Below, piece by piece: positions 11,846 to 24,102 of a stretch of DNA of 64,000 bases (its first letter is position 1; each line of letters begins with the position of its first letter). The stretch is from the NCBI GenBank assembly GCA_964016885.1, contig OZ024741.1, positions 69,688,001 to 69,752,000 on the forward strand, in the 5' to 3' direction. A program made the translations under genes and the position numbers. The stretch comes from Eledone cirrhosa (taxonomy: Eukaryota). Under the pieces are notes generated by a model that ran no database searches, had not been told where the DNA came from, and saw only the letters and a program-made list of their open reading frames with translations.

Positions 11846-14800
11846 TCAGATTGAGCGGCCCGTTTCCCGGGACGCAGAGAGGTAAGTGCCTTTTCTCCTT
11901 ACCACCAACATGGCTGTGCTAAGAGTAGGGTGTCTCAATGCGCGTGGCCTGGGCTCGTCTTGGAAGCAAGCAATGCTTCTAAATGACCTCAGGTCACAAT
12001 CTATAAATGTGATGGTTATCTGCGAGGCCCGGATCAGCAGCATGCGGCAGCTAGCCCCCACCTTTGACGACTTTGAGATGCACGCATCTCTCTGTCAGCC
12101 CGGAGGTGGGGGTGGGGTTGTCGTTCTGCTGCAAAAACATATGGGCCTTGAAACACAGATAGTTCACTTGGACCCAGGGGGTCGACTGGTGGTGCTGGAC
12201 CTTGGCAGTGGTGAAGGTAGAGCCTTTAGGCTGGTAGCCGCATATGCCCCTTTTGGGACAGAGCGGCCCGACTTTTTCCAGCGTCTGGAGTCTTTTCTAG
12301 GGACGTCCCGTTCCCTGCTTTTAGTGGGGGATTGGAATGGTATCCTGGATGCACGTTGGGACTATGCAGGGGCATGTCCCGATAGAGAGGGGTACAACAG
12401 CCTCAAGGGCTTACTCGGCCGATTTGACCTGGCCGATAGATTTCGACTAGATTTTCCGACGGTGCCAACCTGGTTTTGGTCAAATCGCAGCGGATCATCT
12501 AGGTCGTACCTAGATAGATTTTTAGTTAGAAATAAGGACAGGGACTTTTTAAGTTGTCCAGAAATGCTCATGGTTGGCTATTCAGACCACAAGTTGGTGA
12601 CCTGCATGTTCAACCTTGATAGAACGCATAGACAGGGCCCCGGTTACTGGAAGCTCAACTTGTCCTTGCCGGCAAGTAGAGCCTACAGGGATCGGATTAG
12701 TACGTTAGTTAAGGAACGGTTGACTGGAGCGATCGTCAACAGCAGGTGGTGGGTATCTCTAAAGAGAGAGATTAGAGTAGTCTCGATAGAATTTAGTAAG
12801 GTTCTAGCTGCGGATAGGAATAGGAAGGAAAGGGAGCTAATAGATAGAGTAGAAGAGGCAATTAGAAGCGGCGACGTGGCCAGAGTGCTAGCGTCGAGAA
12901 CGGCTTTGAGCCAGTTTTTCGACGCGAAGCACGAAGGCTGCGTTGTCCGAAGTAAAATACGTGCTCTAGGGAACGAGGGGACCAAAGCTGTTAGCTGGGC
13001 CCGCGTGACAGAGGCAAACAGTGGAACTAAATCCACCATCCGGTCTTTGCGAGACCTGGATGGACGGGCGATTCTTGAACCTAAGCAGATGTGTGAGGCC
13101 TTTCAAAGGCACTTTGCCCGACTGTTCGGGAGGGGCGGGGAGCCGGTTGGGAACGTGGACTTCGGTCCATACCTCGACGGCCTGCCGCGCCTCTCGGACA
13201 GGGAGGCGAAGTCCTGCGAGGAGCCGATTTCGGCCGCTGAGATAGAGGACGTGCTGAGCCAATGCGGCAAACGCAAATCCCCGGGTCTCGATGGTCTTCC
13301 TTACGAATTATATCTAGCTATGCCGGACTTGTTCCCCGATCTCCTCGAGGCGGTCTACTGCAACTGGCAACAGAACGGGAGAATTCCCTGTACTGTGACC
13401 AAGGGCGTAGTCACGCTAGTGAGGAAGGACGAGAACAAGGGGGACGAAATAAGTAACTTCAGGCCCATAACTCTGCTAAATACAGAGTTACAGATTTTGG
13501 CCAAGGTGCTAGCAAAGAGGTTGGCGCTTGTCGTGGGCAACCTGGTGGGAGATGCGCAGACATGCGCTATCCCGTCCAGGTCCATCCATGACAACCTCCA
13601 CCTCATGCGATACATCATAGAGAGGGTTGGGAACGAACCCGGCTTTGGTGGGGCTCTGATCAACTTGGATCAATCTAAGGCGTTCGATAGGGTCGACCAT
13701 GGTTACCTGGATGCGGTGCTAGCGGCGGCAGGCTTCGGACCCGTTTTCAGGGGCTGGATCACTGCTATGCACAGCGACCGCATCTGCTCTAGGGTCAAGG
13801 TGAACGGCTACCTCTCGGAGCCGTTCAAAATCGCGCGGTCCATCCGACAAGGGTGCCCTCTCTCCTCCCTTCTGTATGTGTTGACTCTCGAGCCACTACT
13901 GCGGAAGTTGGAGTTGTTGCAGGGCATCCCTTTGGAACCGGGATTGCGGAAAGCGGTGTCGGCCTACGCCGATGACGTGACAGTAATGGTGTCGACGGCC
14001 TCCGAAATCGAGGCGGTCGGCACCTTACTGGAGGAGTACGAAAGGTTCACAGGGGCTAAGCTGAACCGGGACAAGTCGATCGGTTTGCAACTCGGCACGT
14101 GGAGGGGCAGACCGATGCCCTCCGATGGCGTCGTCGGACGCTGGACGGAGGGCCCGGTGAAGTTGCTCGGGGTCTGGTTCGGACCGGACCTCCAGGTGGA
14201 GAAAAACTGGGCGGAGGTTACGAACAGGGTATTTGCACTGACCCAGAAGTGGGCCAGTTGCAAACTATCCCTGAAAGGTCGGGTGGAGGTGGCGAACACC
14301 TATATAGCGTCCGTCATCTACTACCGCCTGACCGTAGTGCCCTGCCCAAGGGAAACCCTCACCAAGATGGAGCGCGTGCTCTTCCAATTCCTTTGGAAGA
14401 GGCGGGCTCTTATGGTGAGGAGATCCATCTGCTGTCAACACCCTTCGAAAGGAGGGCTGGGGATGCCGTGGCTAATGATGCGTAAACACGCATTAAGGCT
14501 ACGGCACCTCTACGTATTCCTCACCGGTCAACCGGTGTGGGCCTCGTTTGTGAGACGAACCTTTCCCAGACTCGTCTCACTCACCGAGCTGCAATCCTGG
14601 GTCAAGCAAAGACCGAGAAAACTGGGCGCCTGGCACACTGAGTGTGCCCAGGCGCTCACCGCCCTCTGGCAGGCGGATCCGGTTATCAGTGGAGACTCCA
14701 CCGCAACATTCTATAGAGGGCTGGTACACAGCAGGTGCGACGACGCCCTCGGAGAAGCCTAGACATGGAGGAGGACGAACTGGCCAGCCTGTTCGGTAGG

Positions 14801-15595
14801 ACATTCAGCCCGGGACCTATGGACAACTTCCAGAAGTCCCTGGCCTGGCAGTGCTACCGAGGGGCTCTACCCGTTCGAGAAAAGCTCTACAGACACGGGC
14901 GCCCGGGTAGGGACCCCGCCAAAAAGATCTGTCCCAGATGCGTGTGCGACGAGGAAACCGTTGCACACGCATTGGTACACTGCTCGGGCGTAGCCGATCT
15001 GTGGGGCTATGTCGAACAACTGCTGTCAAGGGTGGGACCGATCCGGTTGACCACCGAGTCTATTGTAATGATCAAGCCGCCTCCCCCCTTCAAAAATGAA
15101 GGAGAGGCGGTGTTTCTGTGCGTAATAGCCATGGTGAAAGAAGTTGTATGGTGGACGCGTCTGAAAGGACGCGTCTCTCTGGCCAACAACTGGTCCATTT
15201 CTTCCGATATCATTTCGGAAGAAGGATCAGGATGGAGAGAGAGGTGCTCCACCCCAGTGGTTTTTATGAAAGGTGGGTGAAAGTGGCGAGAATGGCCCGT
15301 GTGAATGGGCCTTCTCTTTACATAAGCCTGTAGGTGGAAAAGAGGAAGGAACGAGGGAGCACCCCCTCTCTGTGCTCCTGAGGAAAAGGGTTGCACACTT
15401 TTTTCGGGGGTGTGTGCGACCCCCCAAGGCGCCTCCTCTCTATTGAGGACTTTGTTATAAATTTTATTTTTTGTTATATTTTATTTTATTTTTATACATT
15501 GTTATTGCCTCCTCCTTATTGAGGACGCCATTTTGTGTAAACTCCCCCCTTTGTACTTGTCCCACTTTTGATGCCCTGGTGACAAATAAAAGAAA
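11846..15595 (+). mobile_element. Tx1-clade LINE with nearly complete ORF2
   Basis: GC/CpG-rich. Short possible ORF1 tail, then ORF2 from ATG 11910, and a 3' UTR with AATAAA. Confidence 0.93.
11910..15333 (+). pseudogene. Tx1 ORF2: APE endonuclease + RT + CCHC finger, frameshifts near 14760 and 15170
   Basis: CLNARGL, GDWN, SYLDRF, SDH (APE); GPGYWKLN; KSPGLDG, FRPITLLN, LDQSKAFD, RQGCPLS, YADD (RT). The C-terminus continues in ORFs 14735-15280 and 15118-15333. Confidence 0.9.
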
Positions 15596-17553
15596 CATAT
15601 CTTCTAACATACAAGTATTTAAGGAACACGCCGAGTACTACGATAACGCCCTTAGTAAAGCAGGCTACCTCAACAAAATAGAGTATATAGATCAGAACAA
15701 TCAAAACACCCAAAATAAATCCCACATAGGTAGATATAATAACACAACACCAAACCACACTTACTACCATAGTATACACATCAGTAAACCAACAAACAAA
15801 ACTAATAGAAAGCGATGCAAAGAGTACTTATGGTATAACCCTGAATACAATAGTTCCATTAGTACAAACTTACCAGTACTCTTCTTTAAAATAATTAAGA
15901 GACATTTTCCTACATCACACAAATACCACAAAATCCTAAACCCTACCACTATAAGACTGTCATACTCTACAGCGTTAAACCTTGAACAACACATAAAAAA
16001 GATCAATACTAGAAGGTTAAACGAAAACACTCAAAACTTAAGTACAAAGAACACAAAAAAAAACAGTAGACAATACACTACAGAACATAAATAAACCACA
16101 CCTAAGTTCGTCCGCAATACTACTCCAGAGAAAACCCAACGTACACAACTGTAACTGCACCTATCCTGACAACTGCCCCCTCGGCAATAACTGCCTGGAA
16201 AAAAATATCATTTATAAGTGTACCATTAAATCCGGAGACAACGAGTGGTATTACGTGGGATCAACGGCAACATCGTTCAAATCTCGATTATATAGGCATT
16301 CTTACTCAATAAAACACCAGAGCCAAAGAAATGTAACAACTTTAGCAGAAAAAGCTTGGATGCTCAGGGATAGCGATCAAAAGTTTACCCTAAAATGGGA
16401 GAAATTAGCTAAAACCCAAAGCTTTTCCAGGAGTCAAAATTTCTGCAAATTGTGTAATCTTGAGATTTATTACATAATCACACACAAGAAGAAATTGCTT
16501 AATAACAGAATTGAACGAACATTATTCTGCCGTCACCGAACTAAAACCCTTTTTTCCCACTACAAGCTGAATATTACATAAAAGAGGGACATCCCCTCAA
16601 CTATATAAACCTCAATCTAGCTAGAAAAATATAAAAACAATCTCTTCTCAACATATATATGTATATTAATAACCTTAAATTACCACACTAATAATGGAAA
16701 GATATGCTGATAAGAATAGGTGCGAATATGCTATAATGAATGTGTCTAAAAGCGACCATATGTATGTATATATGTGAAAATGTATATAAATAAGTAAATA
16801 TATATATATGTTTGATGTGTATAGTTAGATGTAAGTGTATTCATGTATTAAAGTGTTTATATATATATATATATACACACATAGACAGGAGTATGTATGT
16901 ATATATGTGTGTGTCTATACGTGTGTATATAAAGATAAGTTGAGTATGAAAATGTATACACATGAATGCGTATGTATGTACATATATATATGTATATATA
17001 TATATATGTGCATGTGTATATGTATGTAAGTATGAGCATGTAAATATGTGTATGTGAGTATATGTATTTTGTAGAGGTGTGCATATATGTTTGTGTGTGA
17101 ATGCGTGGGCGAAAGGATACGTACACTTGAAAGAAAAATTTAAGTCTGAATGTTAATTAAGTGCAAACACAAAACCAACCATGCATATCTATACTATCTC
17201 TAATCCTTCTATAGATTTAGAAAAATAACCAATAATATATTCTATAAAAATGTCAAAACAACAGATGGGAATCTAATTACTCACTGCCACCAAAGATTCT
17301 TACTGCTATCAAAAAACCAATCCCTCAACTATTCTTCTAACAACTTCACCCCTCCCTCCTAATATTCTCTATAAAAACCAAACAGGTCCTCAATAAAATT
17401 ATTCTGATGAAATGACAGTTGATAATAACATTGAAATATTGAATGTCTGCATAACTAATACTTTGTAGATAGCAGCTGTTTTCAGGTTTTGTAACTGTTA
17501 TTGAAACACGTGTCAATAAATTCCTTTTAACTAAACTGTATCCATTTAAATCC

Positions 17554-17560
<7 letters not shown>
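15595..17560 (+). mobile_element. Penelope-like element, 5'-truncated: RT thumb/linker, GIY-YIG endonuclease, 3' region with hammerhead
   Basis: NISSN..F...AEYYDNALSKAGY and WYNPEY motifs; CNC..CPL..NCL..IIYKC..YVGSTATSFKSR..H (16140-16581); hammerhead at 17399; ends at a long (TA)n. Confidence 0.88.
17399..17519 (+). ncRNA. Type I hammerhead ribozyme
   Basis: ttatt-CTGATGA-aatgacagtt...(72 nt)...aactgttatt-GAAA-cacgtg-TC-aataa. Perfect core, 10-bp stem II, palindromic stem III; predicted cut after 17514. Confidence 0.85.
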
Positions 17561-17629
<69 letters not shown>

Positions 17630-17905
17630 ATATATATGTATATAAATGGAAAAGAATGAAACGAAATTTCATTTCTCACTCTTAGTACGGCTGATAGCTA
17701 AATATAAGTATGTATACGTACATACATATATGTGTATAGACGCACAGTAGTATGTATATATATAGATACATGCACACACATATATAGGTATGGGTTTACC
17801 GAACATTTATTATAATGCTCGGTTTTTGTAAACAAACAGCCCGAATTACGCCGTACAGTGCTCGGAAACCATCGTCGCCCTTTTGTTCAACACTGACACA
17901 GGAAT

Positions 17906-17944
17906 GATGTACTAGTTTCAAGCTTATTAGCTATCGTCAGCATC
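17906..17944 (-). ncRNA. Minimal type I hammerhead
   Basis: Minus strand: gatg-CTGACGA-t[agct aata agct]t-GAAA-ctag-TA-catc. Confidence 0.75.
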
Positions 17945-17978
17945 GTATACCTTTCTGTCAGATGATTGAACGTCTGAA

Positions 17979-18542
17979 AGTATATACTTTCCTTATGCAT
18001 ATTAACCGCTGATTAACTCACTCGATATGCAAATTAGGATGCTCAGCCGTTAATATGCATAAGGAAAGTATATACTCCCCTAACTTATTCGGCAAGTGTG
18101 AGTGTGTGTGTGTGTGTGGGGGGGGTATCAGCCCTTGTCTACCCACCCGGTTCGTTATAGGGTTTGAGGGCGAGGTAAGTCCTACGCAATCTGTGTTTGC
18201 ATACGGTTACCAGTTCGTCTTTCTTGTTTAGGAGTTGGTCTTTCGAAAACAGCATTTGTAATGTTTCCCCCGAGCATAAGTTACACGGATGGCGTCCTCC
18301 CGTGTAAGAGTTAGCTCTGGACAGTAAGCTCCAAGTGAGATTGTAGGTTATATTATTATCTTGGAGGTCCCAGATGTGGCCCGAAATGCTGTTTTCGAAG
18401 GACTAACTCCTAAACAAGAAAGACGAACTGGTAACCGCATGCAAACAGATTGCGTAGGACTTACCTCACCCTCAAACCCTATTGCGACCCGGGTGGGTAG
18501 ACAAGGGCTGATACCCCCTCCATTGGCCAAATAAGTTAGGGA
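17979..18542. repeat. Two adjacent inverted repeats
   Basis: ~17979-18012 vs ~18044-18077 (agtatatactttccttatgcatattaac), and ~18079-18257 vs ~18384-18542. Confidence 0.85.
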
Positions 18543-19453
18543 AAAACCCAGCTTACATAGGTAGATGTATATCTTTTCTTTTCCTCTTTGTCTTCTTCCC
18601 CCTGTCTCAACCTATCACTTCCTTCCAGCCCCTATTTTCTTCCTCGTCTGCTTTTCCCCTTTGGCCTACCCCGATGCAGCCCATCGGGCCTTGTAGCATC
18701 AGTTACCCCACCCCTGTAATTTTAAGATAGAATTGGCCGAATACGTTTTACTAACTACTTATAGCAGATGTGTTAAACCCCTTTAATTTTGTATCAGTTT
18801 TGTAATTTCTACAAGTTTTTTCTATTCTCAACTTATTAACCTGTAATTGTAAGATAGCATTGTGATTTTTTTAAATTCATTTTTCACTACCTAATTTTAT
18901 ATATTTTTTTATTTTTTTCTATTATCTTTTATTGTCTCCTACTCATATTCAATTTACCTATCCTATAACCTCCCTCCTCCACTTCATACACTATCCTTAG
19001 AATCTGCTGTATACATATCACTTTCAACGCTGCTTGACCGCTCCACTCACACCCCTATTGTTCTACAGGCAAGTTCAGCCACTCCTACCTCCCACCAAAT
19101 GCCATGATAGACTTATTTGTGTTTACAACAAATTTTAACCAATCCTCTTGACAACTACAATCTTCCCATATAAGGAAGTACCCCCTTGACAAGTTCGGCT
19201 ATTTATTCACCAGGCTAAAAAATCTAATTTAGTCCAGAAATAGCCGTCGAAACGGCTTGAGCTCTGGCGTCGGTCACATACTTTTTCCTATATATATATA
19301 TATATATGTAGATAAATCTACCAAGAGTTTACGGTAGTGTCCAATCCGTATGAAGAACTCAATGTAGTCCGGATATCATGGAAAGAAGAGATGCAATGAA
19401 AAATCACTTTCGGTGAAAGATAAACGGAATACAGAGTCAAGATAAAATATTAA

Positions 19454-19963
19454 AAAAATAATGAATAAAACAATGAAACAGTTCCTTATATTAAACAAAA
19501 AAAGTTCATTATTTAACGATCGTTTCTAGGATATATATGTGTTAGAATTGGCATGCATATTCAACAGATCTATGTACAAAATTATACAAAATTATACAAA
19601 CTATCAAGATTAAATATACATACCAAACACACATATATGCCGTCTTCAGAAATAATGAAATATATTTATTGATAATAACAACAATTTGTATTTTCATTGG
19701 TCAATTTGAACTCTGTTCCCAAACGGACCTGAAATTTTGAATTGTTGTTATTATCAATAAATATATTTCATTATTTCTGAAGACGGCATATATGTGTGTC
19801 TGGTATGTATATTTAATCTTGATAGTTTGTATAATTTTGTATAATTTTGTACATAGATCTGTTGAATATGCATGCCAATTCTAACACATATATATCCTAG
19901 AAACGATCGTTAAATAATGAACTTTTTTTGTTTAATATAAGGAACTGTTTCATTGTTTTATTC

Positions 19964-19972
<9 letters not shown>
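19454..19972. repeat. Near-perfect inverted repeat, ~233-bp arms, ~53-bp spacer
   Basis: 19454-19686 is the reverse complement of 19740-19972 with about one mismatch seen. Ends at (TA)n. Confidence 0.95.
19767..19921 (+). ncRNA. Type I hammerhead with long stem II insert (mirror copy 19505-19659 on minus)
   Basis: ttcattattt-CTGAAGA-cggcatatatgtgt...acacatatatatccta-GAAA-cgatcg-TT-aaataatgaa. 10-bp stem I, palindromic stem III, imperfect base of stem II. Confidence 0.72.
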
Positions 19973-20003
<31 letters not shown>

Positions 20004-20034
20004 TAGTTATGTAATAAACAACATAAGGCAATTA

Positions 20035-20094
20035 TTCCATTTACCAGTGGTTTCTTAAAAGCAAAAAATTTTGCTTTCAATCATCAGAATGAAA
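20035..20094 (-). ncRNA. Type I hammerhead ribozyme
   Basis: Minus strand: tttcatt-CTGATGA-ttgaaagcaaa..tttgcttttaa-GAAA-ccactgg-TA-aatggaa. 7-bp stem I, 11-bp stem II. Confidence 0.85.
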
Positions 20095-20924
20095 AAATCC
20101 TGGTCTGTTTATTGAATTTGGATTTTAAAAAACAAAAATGCAATCTATATCAAAGTGAGGCTGGAGAAGGAAGAAGGAAAGGAGAAAAAAAATATATATA
20201 TAAACACACATGCAAACACACACACACACACACACAAATGAATACAAACACACACACATATATATATACATACATATATATATATATATATACATACACT
20301 CATACATACACACACACATATACACATATATATGTGTATATATATACACACATACATACACATACATATACACATACATACATACACACATAAATATCAA
20401 CACATCCATACATACACATACATATATACAACCACACACACATATATACACACATATATATAGAAACATAAATTTATATATATATATACATACACATACA
20501 CATACATAGCCATACACACATACATATACATACATACATACATACATACATACACACAATCATACCTATATACACACGTACATACATACACATACATAAA
20601 TGCATACATATGCATGTACAAAATTAGAAAAATATACACACACCTCTACATATTCACACACGCAAATAAATATAAGAAAAAATATATATAAAAAATAAAA
20701 TAATAAAAACTATTATACAGTTGACAGCGATACAAGCAACGAATATATGAACAAACACGCGTGGTAAGCAATACACACAAATGCACGTACACATACATAA
20801 GTAAAAATAAATACATACACACACTCTCACACATAAATATACATATACAAATACATAAACACATACATACGCATACACAAATACATACACATACACAAAT
20901 ACATACACAAACACACACACACAC

Positions 20925-20993
<69 letters not shown>

Positions 20994-21105
20994 CACATAC
21001 ACATATACACACATATATATATACACACACACACATACATACATAGCTATACAATTATACACATACAAATACGTACATATCACAAAGATGCACAACCAAA
21101 TACAA

Positions 21106-21168
<63 letters not shown>

Positions 21169-21269
21169 AGTGTAAAACTCAATCTTAGATAATTCATATG
21201 AACCTTATATAACTCCAAAATATACATATACATATATATAGTAATGTAATAAACAACATAAGACAATTA

Positions 21270-21329
21270 TTCCATTCACCAGTGGTTTCTTAAAAGCAAA
21301 AGATTTTGCCTTCAATCATCGGAATGAAA
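21270..21329 (-). ncRNA. Mutated paralogue of the 20035 hammerhead
   Basis: Same stems, but the core reads CCGATGA and the cleavage triplet is GTG. Confidence 0.7.
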
Positions 21330-21367
21330 AAAACGTGGTCTATCTATATATATCTATATATATATAT

Positions 21368-21398
<31 letters not shown>

Positions 21399-22319
21399 CA
21401 CATACACATACATACACATACATTATGGTATGTGAAAGGGTAAGGCAAAAAAAATATATGGGGGGGGGGGGAAAGGACATAGGAAAAGGTGAAAAATAAG
21501 GGGAGATAAGGGAGAAAAAGAATACAAGAGTACAGAACGTGGATTCAGCAGGTAAAAAAACCGTAGTACAAGTAAAGAGCAGAGAGGGAGTTCAAGGCGG
21601 TTGAGTTATCATAGGAATGTCAATCCAGTTACAGATCAGATGTGGTTTCAGATGAGGACAACATCTGAAGATCTCGGTCTTTGAGTTTAGGCAAGCAGAA
21701 GTGGCTCTCAAGTTTAGCAAAATCCTATATTTTTCTGTGGTACACAAAGAACAATTCTTTGTGCCCCTTTGGTACTCCCTCGAATGGTCTAAGATAGACC
21801 AATCGATAGAGTACGGGTTGTTACTATCCTTGAATTCCCACACCTTACTTGTGAGGGTCGTTGTGGTTCGTTTATCGGAGTGCTTAAAAGAAGCGACATG
21901 TGAGTAAAACCTGGTTTTAAACCTGTCCTGGGTCATGCCGACATATCGCTCACTCCTGGCTGGCAGGTTGTTGATATATATTTTTCTAATTTTGTACATG
22001 CATATGTATGCATTTATGTATGTGTATGTATGTACGTGTGTATATAGGTATGATTGTGTGTATGTATGTATGTATGTATATGTATGTGTGTATGGCTATG
22101 TATGTGTATGTGTATGCATATATATATATGTATATATATATATAAATATAATTATATCTCATAAAATAATACAACTGGTTTTTTCACATTATACATATTG
22201 TTAGCACCCCAAACACTTAAATTGGGTTTATATTTAAATATAACCTAATGTTTGTTGAGTGAGATGGTTACCAGTCAGAGTTTAGCTTTAAACTATCTCT
22301 GTTATTGTATTAAATATTT

Positions 22320-22815
22320 ACTCTTGATTGGCCAGAGGTGTTTATTTCCAGGTACCTTATGAATTTGACTTTCCGTATTTATTACTGTTGTGAAATGTTA
22401 GGGTTTTTTTTTGGTTGTAACATCTCTGTTTTTTAGCCTAAGAAAATATATATATGCCTATGTATATAATTACATGCATACATTTATTTTCTTTAATTAA
22501 TTGATTTCTTTACACAAGGAATTGATATTAGTTTTGAAATAACTAATTAACCCGCGTGTGTTTTATATTTTACTCTTAATTCGACCGGAGATTTACATTC
22601 CCATTTGCCCTTTAAAGCATAACTTTCTGTATTTACTGCGGTTATGAGATGCGGTTCTTATTCGGGTACAAATTCTGATTTTAGCCTAAGAAAATATCTA
22701 TATGCGTGTGTAATTTATACACGCATATATTTATTTTTTTTATTTTCAATTGAGTTCTTAACACGTTGGATTGATAATGTTTTCGAAAAAACTAATTAAC
22801 CCGCGTGTATATTAT
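22320..22815. repeat. Diverged tandem duplication, ~250-bp period
   Basis: ttttagcctaagaaaatat at ~22432 and ~22679; aactaattaacccgcgtgt at ~22541 and ~22790. Confidence 0.7.
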
Positions 22816-23016
22816 TATTTTTTTCCTCCTTTCGTGGATCGTAGTTGTCTCTCCTTCCCGCTTCGTGTCGCTATGATACTTCCTCAGTCAAAAACTGCTG
22901 GAATTCAAATTTCGCGGTCATTCGATGCCTTATGTTGTTTATTACATAACTATTAAGCTTTGTTACCTACATAGAGCACTCTTTTTTCCTGGACTTTTCC
23001 GACGGAATTACTTCAC

Positions 23017-23111
<95 letters not shown>

Positions 23112-23522
23112 TATATACATATACAGGGAAGAGCGGACGGACGTAAAATGATGATATATATATATATATATGTATATGTACACACACATATATACATAAC
23201 AACTTGAAATTATAATGAATATAAAATGATATTACTAGCACACTGTATTAAATTCATGTTTATGGAAATAGCCATTAAATGGTGATGATGCTGATGTTGT
23301 TGATGATATGGTATCAGTGAAACATTCTAAATATTGAAAGAAGATGTGGTCAACATTATAAACATATCATAGTTAATGTAAACATTATTATATATACCAT
23401 ATCAATTCACGCCATGACAAATCTGTGTCACATGTTTAAATGGCTGCATACTGTGTTTCTGTATAAATATTGCCGGAAATGTCATACAGAGCAGATATAT
23501 ATGGAGGAGGTGTAATAAATGG

Positions 23523-23571
<49 letters not shown>

Positions 23572-23610
23572 GTGTGTGTGTGTATGTGTGTGTGAGTGTG
23601 TATATATATG

Positions 23611-23644
<34 letters not shown>

Positions 23645-23987
23645 AGTGTATATATATATGTATATATATATATATATATACATATATATGTGTGTGTGTA
23701 TATATATATATATATATGTATATCATCATCACCATCATAATTGTCATCCTTTTTACATCCATTATTTCATGCTTACATGGGTTGGACTCTCACTCTCTCT
23801 CCCCATTCTCTCTCTATATATGTTGTTTGAATGTATGGTTGTAATTACCAAAGAAAGAACCCTCAATATGTAATCATAGAGGTAAATATACTATATTGTA
23901 TGAAATATATATATATATAGATATGTCCCAAGGTTCTGATACCATCAACACTATAAACACAGAGCTGGCATATCTAAGAACTGACTA

Positions 23988-24045
23988 ACTGCCTGATGAG
24001 GTCATAGCCATTCAATGGCTATCATCGAAATATATATATAGCAGT
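23988..24045 (+). ncRNA. Type I hammerhead in a ~160-bp fragment between (TA)n tracts
   Basis: actgc-CTGATGA-ggtc[atagccat tca atggctat]catc-GAAA-tatatata-TA-gcagt. Confidence 0.8.
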
Positions 24046-24102
24046 AAATAAAGATTATGACTTCATGCAATTGACTTATATATATATATATATATATATA
24101 TG

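Larger units (their letters stand above)
20008..22120 (-). mobile_element. Penelope-like element, 5'-truncated, with tandem pLTR and inverted 5' segment
   Basis: GIY-YIG fragment 21592-21965 (YVGMTQDRFKTRFYSH..F...WSIL...CSLCTTEK..LN). Hammerhead-bearing repeat at ~20008-20110 and ~21243-21345. 20490-20636 is inverted at 21975-22120. Confidence 0.85.

Noticed and set aside
12362-14804. Antisense and alternate-frame ORFs in Tx1
   Set aside because: Expected by-products of a GC-rich coding strand.
15471-16094. 207-aa ORF as a novel gene
   Set aside because: Chance read-through from the Tx1 3' UTR into the truncated PLE frame.
20112-23873. Many Y/I/C/V/H/T-rich ORFs
   Set aside because: Translations of (TA)n/(CA)n microsatellites. 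The same applies at 16835-17126, 36446-37182 and 43834-44196.
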